Source: an uncultured Bacteroidota bacterium
Lineage (GTDB): Bacteria > Bacteroidota > Bacteroidia > Bacteroidales > GCA-2748055
Direction: 5' to 3'
DNA length: 64,000 bases
NCBI GenBank assembly: GCA_937129385.1
Contig: CAKZNC010000152.1
Coordinates: 7,260-71,259 of the forward strand
Both the position numbers and the translations under genes were made by a program. Below, one piece after another: positions 1 to 8,879 of the stretch; position 1 is the stretch's first letter, and every line of letters starts with the position of its first letter. Below the pieces are notes generated by a model. That model ran no database searches. It saw only the letters and a list, made by a program, of their open reading frames with translations, and was not told the origin of the DNA.

Positions 1-33
1 TGACGATTCAAAAATATTAAACCGTGTAAACCT

Positions 34-1023
34 ATGAAAAAAAGAGTATTAGCAACCTTAGCTGCACTGATACTGGCAACGGGATCACTATTTTCTCAGA
101 CGACACTTGCGGATGTGATCAATGAATTCAATGCCGGCGTGGAAAGTCTCAATGAGCAATCCTATGAAACTGCGCTTGCCCAGTTCAACAATTCACTTGC
201 ACTTTCCGACCAGGTGGGTGATGAAGCCAACGATATGAAAGTCAAAGCTCAGGAACAGATAGTGGGAACACATTACAGGCAGGCAATGACACTGATGAAA
301 AGAAAGCAGTACGACATGGCGTTGCCTTCCCTTGAAAAAACAGTTCAGTATTCAGAAGAATACGGCGCCCAGGAAGAATTTGCCACGAAAGCAAAAAGAT
401 ACCTGCCACCGTTGTATCTCCGCCAGGGAAATATCCTGTTGCAGCAGTCAAAATACGACGAAGCTCTTGTGACATTCAACAATGTCCTGGAGATGAAGCC
501 CAATATGTATAAAGCACACCAGGGAAAAGGCCTTGTTTACAAAGAACTCGGAGAAGTCGATAAAATGCTCGAGGAATTTGCCATTGCAAAGGAAAAGGCC
601 ACCCAGAAAGGTGATGATGAACTGATTGATAACATCAATGCAGCAATCAATGACTACTACCGTGGTCTTATTGAAGAGGAACTGATGTATATGGATACAG
701 AAGATCCCGATTACACCTTTCTGCTGGATATCACCGAGCAGGCACTGCAGGCAAATGACAAGAACTCTTATGCCTACTGGCAGGCAGCATCAGCCAGGAA
801 TAAAATGATCGAGTTCGACCTGGCAATCGAACTGGCCACCGCAGCATTGGCCTATGAAACGGATCCGGTATTGGTATCTGCCCTTAGCTACGAGCTCGGA
901 CTCGCCTACCAGAATACGGCAAATTATACAGAGGCATGCGAGGCATACAATAATGTAACCGAAGAGCCCTTCCTGTCAAAGGCCGAAAAGAAACTAAGCA
1001 CTCCCCAGCTGGGTTGTGAATAA
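34..1023 (+). CDS. Tetratricopeptide-repeat (TPR) protein with N-terminal signal peptide
   Basis: 329-aa ORF starting at ATG 34. Signal-like N-terminus MKKRVLATLAALILATGSLFSQ. Several TPR-like helix pairs, e.g. YDEALVTFNNVLEMKPNMYKAHQGKGLVY. Followed by a strong hairpin terminator. Confidence 0.8.
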   Translation: MKKRVLATLAALILATGSLFSQTTLADVINEFNAGVESLNEQSYETALAQFNNSLALSDQVGDEANDMKVKAQEQIVGTHYRQAMTLMKRKQYDMALPSLEKTVQYSEEYGAQEEFATKAKRYLPPLYLRQGNILLQQSKYDEALVTFNNVLEMKPNMYKAHQGKGLVYKELGEVDKMLEEFAIAKEKATQKGDDELIDNINAAINDYYRGLIEEELMYMDTEDPDYTFLLDITEQALQANDKNSYAYWQAASARNKMIEFDLAIELATAALAYETDPVLVSALSYELGLAYQNTANYTEACEAYNNVTEEPFLSKAEKKLSTPQLGCE

Positions 1024-1045
1024 AGGATTACACACATCTTGATCT

Positions 1046-1080
1046 AAAAAAGCAGCGTTGTTAATTCGCTGCTTTTTTTT
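1046..1080 (+). terminator. Rho-independent terminator after the TPR gene
   Basis: Stem AGCAGCG (1051-1057) / CGCTGCT (1067-1073) with a 9-nt loop, T-run to 1080 and an A-run on the 5' side. Confidence 0.85.
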
Positions 1081-1116
1081 GGTTGCAACTAAAATAATAA
1101 CTTCCTTTGTCTGTCT

Positions 1117-1124
1117 TAATTTTG
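1117..1124 (+). promoter_or_regulatory. Candidate Bacteroidota -7 promoter box for metK
   Basis: TAATTTTG is a perfect match to the TAnnTTTG -7 consensus. It lies 112 nt upstream of the metK ATG, which implies a leader of about 105 nt. Confidence 0.5.
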
Positions 1125-1127
1125 TGG

Positions 1128-1206
1128 AGGGATTTGGCTGATTGCAACCACTAAAAAAAAATGCTAAAACAGTTCCTGCAACAAATCCCTGTCCCTTCCG
1201 CGACAG
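1128..1206 (+). promoter_or_regulatory. Structured metK 5' leader (candidate SAM-responsive riboswitch, class unresolved)
   Basis: AGGGATTTG (1128-1136) is perfectly complementary to CAAATCCCT (1182-1190). A nested TTGCA/TGCAA pair (1142-1146 / 1177-1181) encloses an A-rich loop (A9-TGCTAAAA). An adjacent hairpin is CTGTC/GACAG (1189-1206). An alternative partner AAATCC sits at 1221-1226. Confidence 0.35.
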
Positions 1207-1235
1207 TATGATTATTAACAAAATCCGAAGAAATA

Positions 1236-2501
1236 ATGTCTTACCTGTTTACCTCCGAATCGGTGTCTGAAGGACACCCTGATAAAATCTCCGATCAGAT
1301 CTCTGATGCCCTGCTTGATGAATTCCTGGCCTATGATCCCGATTCAAAAGTTGCCTGTGAAACGCTGGTCACTACAGGCCAGGTCGTCCTGGCGGGCGAA
1401 GTGAAGACCAAAACTTATATCGATGTGATGAAGGTCGCACGGCAGGTCATCTGTGAGATTGGGTATACAAAAAGTGATTACCAGTTCGAATGCAACAGCT
1501 GCGGTGTGATGGGACTGATCCATGAACAATCCCCGGATATCAACAGGGGCGTTGTAAGGAAAGACCCTATGGACCAGGGTGCCGGTGACCAGGGCATGAT
1601 GTTCGGCTATGCTACGAAAGAGACCGATAACTACATGCCACTGGCGCTCGACCTGAGCCATAAATTGCTCCAGGAGCTGGCAAAAATCCGCAGGGAAGGC
1701 AAAGTGATGACCTACCTGAGGCCAGATTCAAAATCCCAGGTGACGATCGAATACAGTGATAACAACGACCCGGTCAGGGTACATACAATCGTAGTCTCCA
1801 CACAGCACGATGAATTCGACAACGATGATGAGCGCATGCTCGATAAAATAAAATCCGATGTCAGGGAGATCCTCATTCCCCGCGTGATGAAGACCCTGCC
1901 GGAACGGATCAGAAACCTTTTCGACGACAACTTTATCCTGCATGTCAACCCTACCGGCAAATTTGTGATCGGTGGTCCGCACGGTGATACAGGCCTCACT
2001 GGCCGCAAGATCATTGTCGACACCTACGGCGGTAAAGGAGCCCATGGTGGTGGTGCTTTCTCCGGTAAGGACCCGTCAAAAGTAGACCGGTCGGCTGCAT
2101 ATGCATCACGTCACGTGGCGAAAAATCTCGTTGCAGCTGGCGTTGCCGATGAGATCCTCGTACAATTGTCCTATGCCATTGGAGTGGCACAACCGGTGGG
2201 AATCTATGTGAACACATACGGAACCGCGAAAACAGGCCTCACCGACAGTGAGATTGCTGCCAAAATCAGCGATCCAGAATTGTATGATTTCCGGCCCGCT
2301 GCCATCGAAAGAAATCTGAAACTCAGGAACCCGATATACCGCGAAACCGCGGCATATGGCCATATGGGAAGAACCCCCAGGGTGGTGAAAAAAACGTTTT
2401 CATCCCAGTATTTCCCGGAAGTGGAGCTTGAAGTCGAGCTCTTTACATGGGAGAAACTCGACAAAGTGGATGAATTTAAAAAAGCATTTGAAATCAAATA
2501 A
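1236..2501 (+). CDS. metK: S-adenosylmethionine synthetase (methionine adenosyltransferase)
   Basis: 421 aa with diagnostic motifs [33 protein letters not shown] and [19 protein letters not shown]. Confidence 0.98.
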   Translation: MSYLFTSESVSEGHPDKISDQISDALLDEFLAYDPDSKVACETLVTTGQVVLAGEVKTKTYIDVMKVARQVICEIGYTKSDYQFECNSCGVMGLIHEQSPDINRGVVRKDPMDQGAGDQGMMFGYATKETDNYMPLALDLSHKLLQELAKIRREGKVMTYLRPDSKSQVTIEYSDNNDPVRVHTIVVSTQHDEFDNDDERMLDKIKSDVREILIPRVMKTLPERIRNLFDDNFILHVNPTGKFVIGGPHGDTGLTGRKIIVDTYGGKGAHGGGAFSGKDPSKVDRSAAYASRHVAKNLVAAGVADEILVQLSYAIGVAQPVGIYVNTYGTAKTGLTDSEIAAKISDPELYDFRPAAIERNLKLRNPIYRETAAYGHMGRTPRVVKKTFSSQYFPEVELEVELFTWEKLDKVDEFKKAFEIK

Positions 2502-2513
2502 ACAGACAAATAT

Positions 2514-3110
2514 ATGTTTTCAGGAATCGTTGAAGAAACAGCAACTGTTGTTGCACTGAATAAGGAAAAAGACAACCTGCATATCACCCTGGAATGTTCA
2601 TTCGCCGATGAACTGAAAATAGACCAGAGCATCTCCCATAACGGGGTGTGCCTTACCGTTGTCGATATTACAGACAAAACCTACACCGTAACCGCCATCC
2701 AGGAAACCTTGCTTAAATCAAATCTCGGTCTGCTGAAACAGGGTGACAAAGTCAACCTGGAACGAAGCACGAAGCTGGACGGACGACTGGACGGACACAT
2801 GGTCCAGGGTCATGTCGACCTTACGGCCACTTGTACATCAGTAAGAGAAGCTGAAGGCAGCTGGTATTTTACCTTCGAGTTTGATCCGAAAAGCGAGGAA
2901 CATATCACCGTTGAAAAAGGATCCGTCTCCATTAATGGCGTAAGTCTCACAGTGGTGAACTCCAAAGAGAGATCCTTCGAGGTGGCCATTATCCCGTTTA
3001 CATACGAGGTGACCAACTTCCATACATTTCAGCCAGGAACTGTCGTGAATATCGAATTCGATATCATCGGCAAATACATCGCCAGGATCCTGAAACAACA
3101 GCAGGGATAG
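2514..3110 (+). CDS. ribE: Riboflavin synthase (alpha subunit)
   Basis: 198 aa with N-terminus MFSGIVEE. Two lumazine-binding repeats (ISHNGVCLTV and VSINGVSLTV). Starts 12 nt after the metK stop. Confidence 0.95.
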   Translation: MFSGIVEETATVVALNKEKDNLHITLECSFADELKIDQSISHNGVCLTVVDITDKTYTVTAIQETLLKSNLGLLKQGDKVNLERSTKLDGRLDGHMVQGHVDLTATCTSVREAEGSWYFTFEFDPKSEEHITVEKGSVSINGVSLTVVNSKERSFEVAIIPFTYEVTNFHTFQPGTVVNIEFDIIGKYIARILKQQQG

Positions 3111-3117
3111 AGTATAT

Positions 3118-3184
3118 CAGTCGCCAGTATTATTTCCATTTCTAGGATGTAGTGCCCTGAGCCTGTCGAAGGGCAGTCGCCAAT
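3118..3184. repeat. Composite GC-rich intergenic repeat, copy A
   Basis: CAGTCGCCAG (3118-3127), then a spacer containing ATTTCC, then CCCTGAGCCTGTCGAAGGGCAGTCGCCA. Colinear with 63140-63247. Contains the hairpin TGCCCT/AGGGCA (3153-3175). Confidence 0.6.
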
Positions 3185-3341
3185 CCATTCTTTCCCTGCC
3201 CCTGTACGAGGCAGCTCGGGGGAGATACCGTCTCGCTGAAGACGGATGACCGGCAGCCGAACGATATGTTCTAAAGAAGGCCCACGCAGATAGATTTCTC
3301 CATGCCTTCATGGTATCTTTAGTCTTCCAATCTCATCGATT

Positions 3342-4697
3342 ATGAATACCATTCTCATCCTTGGAGCCGGACTTTCGTCGAACATGCTGATCAAATATTT
3401 CGCAGTGCATGCAAAAGAACTGAAGGTCAAAATCCGCCTGGGAGATAAATCTGCCTCCACCGCTGCACAAAAAATCAGGGGCTTTGCCAATTGCACCTCC
3501 TTTGAATTTGATGCCACAGATCCGCAACAACTCAACAGCGAGATCTCCCGGGCCGACCTGGTGATCTCCATGCTGCCCGCACGTATGCACCCCCTCGTGG
3601 CGAAAGCATGTGTCTCGCAAGGCAGAAATATGGTCACCGCCTCCTATGCCGCCCCGGAGATCAGGCAACTGGATGAAGAAGCAAAGAAAAAAGGGGTACT
3701 GATCATGAATGAATGTGGTGTCGATCCGGGCATCGACCATATGTCGGCCATGCAAATGATCGACAGGATCAGGGATCGCGGATTGGAGCTGATCGCTTTT
3801 GAGTCCAGTACGGGCGGACTGGTGGCTCCCGGGTTTGAAAACAACCCCTGGCAATATAAGTTTACCTGGAATCCCAGGAATGTAATCCTTGCAGGAAAAG
3901 ATGGCGCCCGCTTCCTCCACAACGGCAAATTTAAATACATCCCCTACCACAAACTCTTTAGCCGCATCGAAACCATTGACGTACCAAACCTGGGGCTGTT
4001 TGAAGTCTATGGAAACCGCGATTCGCTCAAATACAGGGAAACCTATGGATTGCACCACCTGGAGACCATGTTCAGGGGGACCATCCGCCGACCCGGCTTC
4101 TGTGGAGCATGGGATACCTTCGTCCAGCTCGGGGCCACCGACGATAGCTACGTGATGGAAAATACAGCCACGATGACCTGCAGGGATTTCATCAATAGTT
4201 TCATGGCCTACCGGGTCGATATCCCCGTAGAAGAGAAACTTTCGGCATACCTGGGCATCACAATGCAATCCGAAATGATGAAACGCCTTAAATGGCTTGG
4301 CATCTTCGATGACATACCAATCGGTGTAAACGGATTAACCCCGGCAAAGGTCCTGCAATCCATCCTCGAAAAGAGATGGTCGCTGGAACCTGGTGACAAA
4401 GACATGATCGTCATGCAACACCAGTTCGACTATATCGAAAACAACCGTCGCATGAAGATCTTCTCCACCCTTACCTATATCGGCGAAGACACAAATGAAA
4501 CCGCCATGTCAGCCACTGTCGGTCTTCCCGTTGCCATCACCGGGAAACTGATCCTGGAAGGAAAACTCAATATGTCGGGCGTGCAACTCCCCATCATGAA
4601 AGAGGTCTACGAACCGGTATTGCAGGAGCTTTCCAGCTATGGCATCAGCTTCGAAGAACACGAAGTGGAGATCCCGAGGGACATCAGCAGCCTCTGA
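3342..4697 (+). CDS. Saccharopine dehydrogenase family protein (LYS9-like, NADP-dependent)
   Basis: 451 aa with Rossmann N-terminus MNTILILGAGLSS and the GVDPGIDHM region. Overall resembles saccharopine dehydrogenase (L-glutamate-forming). Confidence 0.88.
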   Translation: MNTILILGAGLSSNMLIKYFAVHAKELKVKIRLGDKSASTAAQKIRGFANCTSFEFDATDPQQLNSEISRADLVISMLPARMHPLVAKACVSQGRNMVTASYAAPEIRQLDEEAKKKGVLIMNECGVDPGIDHMSAMQMIDRIRDRGLELIAFESSTGGLVAPGFENNPWQYKFTWNPRNVILAGKDGARFLHNGKFKYIPYHKLFSRIETIDVPNLGLFEVYGNRDSLKYRETYGLHHLETMFRGTIRRPGFCGAWDTFVQLGATDDSYVMENTATMTCRDFINSFMAYRVDIPVEEKLSAYLGITMQSEMMKRLKWLGIFDDIPIGVNGLTPAKVLQSILEKRWSLEPGDKDMIVMQHQFDYIENNRRMKIFSTLTYIGEDTNETAMSATVGLPVAITGKLILEGKLNMSGVQLPIMKEVYEPVLQELSSYGISFEEHEVEIPRDISSL

Positions 4698-5417
4698 TCA
4701 GAAATCCAGGTAGAAGTCCTTCGTCAATTGCACGTATTCATCCGAATACCGGTGCCTGCCACCCTCCTCGATCACCAATCTCTCCGTGACTGGGTGGACA
4801 GGTTTTTGTAAGCTAAACAATACGCATGAGCGCTTCGGTCCCGACCCTTGTGTTGCATGGATCTCCAATAATCTTGCGGGATACAGTCCGCTTGCTAATG
4901 CACCTGATACCACAACCTCCACCTGTTCAAATGGCATCACCATGCACAGCTGACCCTCCGGACGCAATAGTTCACCTGACTTTTCAAGAATTTCTGCTGC
5001 CCCAAGTTTCTGGGCATGCCTGGCAACCATGCGTGGCAAGTCCGATGGCGCAATGGAACGTTGAAAATAGGGCGGATTGGAAATGATCAGGTCATACCGC
5101 TTGTCGGTCTGAATGGAAAAATCCCTGAAATCTCCACGAATGACATTCACGCGGTCGCTGAACGCCGATTCCTTCACGTTCTTCGCAGCCTGACTGGCCG
5201 CTTGCGCATCAATTTCCAGGGCATCTACCTGTAGCAGGTATGATCGTTGGGCAAGCATCAGGGCAAGTAAACCGGTGCCGGTGCCGATGTCAAGGGCTGT
5301 TCGCGCCTCCCCGATCCTGACCCAGGACCCCAGGATCACACTATCAGTACCCACCTTCATTGCACAACGGTCCTGCCGGATCATGAACTTCTTGAATTTA
5401 AACCACTGGTTGGCCAT
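4698..5417 (-). CDS. trmN6: tRNA1(Val) (adenine(37)-N6)-methyltransferase
   Basis: 239 aa. N-terminus FKFKKFMIRQDRCAMKVGTDSVILGSW is typical of the YfiC/TrmN6 family. SAM motif DIGTGTGLLALMLAQR and catalytic NPPY (IISNPPYF). Confidence 0.85.
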   Translation of the reverse strand: MANQWFKFKKFMIRQDRCAMKVGTDSVILGSWVRIGEARTALDIGTGTGLLALMLAQRSYLLQVDALEIDAQAASQAAKNVKESAFSDRVNVIRGDFRDFSIQTDKRYDLIISNPPYFQRSIAPSDLPRMVARHAQKLGAAEILEKSGELLRPEGQLCMVMPFEQVEVVVSGALASGLYPARLLEIHATQGSGPKRSCVLFSLQKPVHPVTERLVIEEGGRHRYSDEYVQLTKDFYLDF

Positions 5418-5419
5418 GC

Positions 5420-6190
5420 TCAGAATTTTTCATACACACCAAGTCCGAACAACGCATAATCATATTTCACAGGATCGGAAGGATCAAAGATACGAAGCTG
5501 ACCGCTCAGTTCCTCCACAGCCTTCCAGTCATTCTGCTTGCGAAGGAGCAGTCCGAGTTTCCTGGCAGAATTCCCGGTATGCACATCCAGCGGTATCATC
5601 AGTCCGCTCGCCGGAATCCCCTCCCAAATGCCAAAATCAACCCCGCCATCGTCCTTTCGAACCATCCACCTGAGGAACATGTTCAATCGTTTGGCTGCAG
5701 AATTGGAGGTCACATCTGAAAGGTGCTTCCCTGTCCTCCCGGGCAGCAGGTTGCCGAAAAATACCGACCTGAAGTGTGCATGTGCATCATATACGCTGGA
5801 TCCCTGCCCGTATCCTTCAGTATACACCCTCTCAAGCCCTCCATGCTCACGGTATATGCGCTGAAGGGCCTCCATGAAGTTGAGACAGTCGATTCCATTG
5901 AAGGTCCTGTGGACAAAGCCCAGGAAGGGGTCAAGATCTTCCCTCTCGTGCTCCATGATGAAATGATATGGACCGCCCCGCATCATGCCCAGCAACCGGT
6001 TTGCATTTGCAATGATGGATTTTCGCTTTCCCCAGGCAATGGTAGCCGTAAGGAATGCCGCGATCTCAATATCCTCCTTCAGTGAGTAAGCGTGGGGTAC
6101 CTGGATCGGATCCCCGGTGATAAAGACGGGCTGGTTGTACTGCGCAACCTTCTCATCCAGGAACTGTTTTATGTCCTGGACAAAGATCAC
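5420..6190 (-). CDS. TIGR02757 (DUF2400) family protein, function unknown
   Basis: 256-aa ORF with a GTG start that overlaps the upstream stop (GTGA). Family assigned from recalled sequence character ([29 protein letters not shown]) and not verified by search. Confidence 0.7.
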   Translation of the reverse strand: MIFVQDIKQFLDEKVAQYNQPVFITGDPIQVPHAYSLKEDIEIAAFLTATIAWGKRKSIIANANRLLGMMRGGPYHFIMEHEREDLDPFLGFVHRTFNGIDCLNFMEALQRIYREHGGLERVYTEGYGQGSSVYDAHAHFRSVFFGNLLPGRTGKHLSDVTSNSAAKRLNMFLRWMVRKDDGGVDFGIWEGIPASGLMIPLDVHTGNSARKLGLLLRKQNDWKAVEELSGQLRIFDPSDPVKYDYALFGLGVYEKF

Positions 6191-6873
6191 TTTTCTGCCC
6201 TGAGTTCACCCGGTGGTACGATCCTGCCATCCTTCATCCGCACCATCCGGTCGGCCATCTCTGCAAGTTGCATATCGTGGGTGACGATCACCAGCGTTTT
6301 ACCGAACTCATCCCGCAGTCTGAAAAAGAGATTGTGCAGCTCGTTCTTGTTCTCTGTATCCAGGTTTCCGGAGGGCTCATCAGCCAGGATCACAGCGGGA
6401 TCATTGATCAGCGCACGGGCAATGGCCACACGCTGCTGTTCACCCCCGGAAAGCTCGCCCGGCTTGTGATCAGTACGTGCTGATAACCCGAGAAAACCAA
6501 GCAGTTCCGTGGCACGTTTCTCAACAGACCTGCGTGGTGTTTTTGCAATGAAACCGGGTATGCAGACATTTTCGTGTGCAGAGAATTCGGGCAACAACTG
6601 ATGAAACTGGAAAACAAACCCGATATTTCTGTTTCGAAACCTTGCCAGCTGGTTGCCCTGTAATGAGGCCAGGTCGTTCCCGTTGATCTGTACGGTTCCG
6701 CCGTTCGATTTGCTCAGGGTTCCTATGATCTGCAACAGCGTGGTTTTTCCTGCACCGGAGGCCCCTACGATGGATACGACTTCGCTCTCCGCTACCTGCA
6801 GGGAAATACCTTTCAGGACCTGGAGGGAACCATAGCTCTTGGTGATATGATCGGTCTGTATCATCGGGTTCAT
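6187..6873 (-). CDS. ABC transporter ATP-binding protein (LolD/MacB-type ATPase)
   Basis: 228 aa with Walker [10 protein letters not shown], signature [15 protein letters not shown] and Walker [12 protein letters not shown]. Confidence 0.92.
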   Translation of the reverse strand: MNPMIQTDHITKSYGSLQVLKGISLQVAESEVVSIVGASGAGKTTLLQIIGTLSKSNGGTVQINGNDLASLQGNQLARFRNRNIGFVFQFHQLLPEFSAHENVCIPGFIAKTPRRSVEKRATELLGFLGLSARTDHKPGELSGGEQQRVAIARALINDPAVILADEPSGNLDTENKNELHNLFFRLRDEFGKTLVIVTHDMQLAEMADRMVRMKDGRIVPPGELRAEK

Positions 6874-7817
6874 CCGATAAAGATAAAATAAATATATATG
6901 GCATAGGCCAAAAACAGGAGGGATCCCTCCAGCCGGTTGATTCTTCCCTTTCTGGCGGGGATCATGAACAAGAACAGAAGCACACTTGCACCGATCATCC
7001 AGGGGATATCAATGGTAAGCAGCTCAGGTACGATGGAAAAGGGTTTGATCAATGCCGTCAGACCCAGTACCGAAACAATATTCATGATGTTCGATCCGAT
7101 GATGTTCCCCAGTGAAATGTCGGTCTCCTTTTTGAATGCTGCGATCAGTGATGTGGATAATTCTGGCAGACTGGTTCCCAGGGCAACCATGGTAATGGAA
7201 ATCACCCGCTCACTGATGCCAAAATAGTGTGCCATCTCGGCCGCATTGTCAACCAGGAGGGATGCCCCGAAGGCCAGTCCGATGCAGGAGATGGCAAAAA
7301 TGATCGCTGCAACCCCCCACTTCATTTTTCGGAGGGGTACATCAACCGGGGGAATGTTCAACTGCGGCTTCCTGGACTGGTAAATGGAAAACAAAATGTA
7401 ACCGCCCAGGAGGAGGATCAGGAGTCCGCCTTCCAGCCTGGAGATCTGGTAGTCCAGTAAAATGAGCAGCAAAAGGATACTTAAACCGATCATGATCGGC
7501 CAGTCTCTTTTGACAGATTCGGACTGTACAACAAGTGGAAAGATGACTGTGGTCAGACCCAGTACCAGCAATATATTGGAGATGTTACTGCCCACCACGT
7601 TTCCGACAGCCATGTCGGGATGACCCTGGACAGCTGCCTGCAGGCTGACAAGCAATTCCGGGGCGGAAGTGCCAAAGGCCACGATGGTAAGTCCAATGAT
7701 GCCCGTGGGAATTCGAAAGTGCCTGGCAATCACCACGCTGCTTTCTACGAGGTATTTGCCACTGACAAGCAGCAGGATGAGTCCCAGAACAAGTAAAATG
7801 ATTGTTTTGCTATCCAT
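6870..7817 (-). CDS. Calcium/sodium antiporter (CaCA family, YrbG-like)
   Basis: 315-aa polytopic membrane protein with two alpha-repeat motifs, [16 protein letters not shown] and [16 protein letters not shown]. Confidence 0.9.
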   Translation of the reverse strand: MDSKTIILLVLGLILLLVSGKYLVESSVVIARHFRIPTGIIGLTIVAFGTSAPELLVSLQAAVQGHPDMAVGNVVGSNISNILLVLGLTTVIFPLVVQSESVKRDWPIMIGLSILLLLILLDYQISRLEGGLLILLLGGYILFSIYQSRKPQLNIPPVDVPLRKMKWGVAAIIFAISCIGLAFGASLLVDNAAEMAHYFGISERVISITMVALGTSLPELSTSLIAAFKKETDISLGNIIGSNIMNIVSVLGLTALIKPFSIVPELLTIDIPWMIGASVLLFLFMIPARKGRINRLEGSLLFLAYAIYIYFIFIG

Positions 7818-7833
7818 GAATGACCCAGGTGTC

Positions 7834-8118
7834 CTAATCGGAATCGACCTGTTTTTTTACATTGTTTACCACCTCGTCGGCATCTTTCTTAAGGTCATCC
7901 CTGATCTCTTTGAAGTCTTTGACCACATCCGAAGAGCTGTCCTGGATCTCGCGTTTTATATCGTCTGTGGCACGCCTGAATTCCTTCATTCCCTGTCCGA
8001 ACATCCGCGCCATCCTGGGGATCTCCTTTGATCCGAACAACAACAGGACTGCCACTACCACGATCAGGATCTCCTGTCCGCTAAAGAATAAAAACACCCA
8101 TGCCATCATTGTTTCCAT
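7834..8118 (-). CDS. tatA: Twin-arginine translocase TatA/TatE family subunit
   Basis: Single TM segment followed by an amphipathic helix: EILIVVVAVLLLFGSKEIPRMARMFGQGMKEFRRA. I place the start at ATG 8118 (alternatives at 8109 and 8106). The track ORF extends to 8193 with an implausible N-terminus. Confidence 0.85.
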   Translation of the reverse strand: METMMAWVFLFFSGQEILIVVVAVLLLFGSKEIPRMARMFGQGMKEFRRATDDIKREIQDSSSDVVKDFKEIRDDLKKDADEVVNNVKKQVDSD

Positions 8119-8184
8119 TTGTGCAAAGATAACAAGGTTTGGACAGATTATTACAATGTGTGCTGAAAAAAGCACCTGACGGCT

Positions 8185-8214
8185 GCCAGTCACCAGTCAG
8201 CAGTCGCCAGTCAG
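8185..8214. repeat. Low-complexity CAGTC/CCAGT word array containing CAGTCGCCAG
   Basis: GCCAGTCACCAGTCAGCAGTCGCCAGTCAG. The decamer CAGTCGCCAG (8201-8210) also occurs at 3118 and 63140. Lies between the hypothetical gene and tatA. Confidence 0.55.
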
Positions 8215-8235
8215 ACTTCAGGAGCGGTATCCCGA

Positions 8236-8823
8236 TCAGTGGGTATGAATCGTCAGCCTGTAATTCCCCACCGCCTTAACGGCCTTGATCTCATAGGTCC
8301 ACTTTCCCGTGTATTTTGAGTCTTCACCAGTAATGCGAATCATCTGGTTAAATTGTACATCAGCAGTATTATCAATGGTCATTTCCTTAAGATCCTCCTT
8401 GTTTGGCAGCTTTATCTTTAAGGTGATTTTACCCTCCTTTACAGCGCCGCCAAGGTTGATGCTGATCTGGCTTACCTGGTCATCAACTTCGAAAGTGCCC
8501 TCATTTTCAACCGATTCCCCATCAAACCGTTTGCTGAGACTCAGCTGGGATGACTGGGAACCGTCGGAGATATCGAATACAAATCCGTCTCCTCCGGACA
8601 CAACGTAGGTTCCCCCTGATGGCGCTTTTGATTGAAAATAATATTCCGTTCTTGCTTCAGCTTCACGTTTTGATAACACCTCTGCCTTGCGCCCCTCAAT
8701 AATTTCTCTTTCTCGCTTTCTCTCTCGTTCCGATTCCCTGCTTCCGGATTGAGAAAGCGCTGACGGAACAGAAAGTACTGCTGTTACAATGAGCAATATT
8801 GATACTGTAAATAGCTTTTTCAT
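8236..8823 (-). CDS. Hypothetical secreted protein
   Basis: ATG at 8823 gives the signal peptide MKKLFTVSILLIVTAVLSVPSALSQ (the track start at 8853 is TTG). Charged ERERKRERE linker, then a beta-rich C-terminal domain. No family recognised. Confidence 0.6.
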   Translation of the reverse strand: MKKLFTVSILLIVTAVLSVPSALSQSGSRESERERKREREIIEGRKAEVLSKREAEARTEYYFQSKAPSGGTYVVSGGDGFVFDISDGSQSSQLSLSKRFDGESVENEGTFEVDDQVSQISINLGGAVKEGKITLKIKLPNKEDLKEMTIDNTADVQFNQMIRITGEDSKYTGKWTYEIKAVKAVGNYRLTIHTH

Positions 8824-8850
8824 AATTTTGTGAATTTTGATTAGATGTAA

Positions 8851-8858
8851 CAAATATA
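8851..8858 (-). promoter_or_regulatory. Candidate -7 box for the hypothetical-tatA operon
   Basis: The reverse complement of CAAATATA is TATATTTG, a perfect TAnnTTTG match, 28 nt upstream of ATG 8823. Confidence 0.5.
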
Positions 8859-8879
8859 CGCCGATTGGCGTCTCAATAT

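Noticed and set aside
3117-3311. 64-aa minus-strand ORF in the ribE/saccharopine dehydrogenase gap
   Set aside because: Its sequence (..RLPFDRLRALH..) is just a read-through of the GC-rich repeat words and hairpins. It is treated as non-coding repeat DNA.
3111-3341. Possible lysine riboswitch upstream of the saccharopine (lysine-pathway) dehydrogenase gene
   Set aside because: I could not find the L-box core elements (the AGAGGCGC-type 5' strand, the GCCGAAG / CUGUCA context, or the five-helix layout). The hairpins belong to a repeat that also occurs elsewhere. A cmscan with RF00168 would settle it.
3333-4268. 311-aa minus-strand ORF antisense to the saccharopine dehydrogenase gene
   Set aside because: The plus-strand protein has a clear Rossmann N-terminus and family-typical motifs. 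The antisense product has no recognisable features and looks like a stop-poor shadow frame of a real gene.
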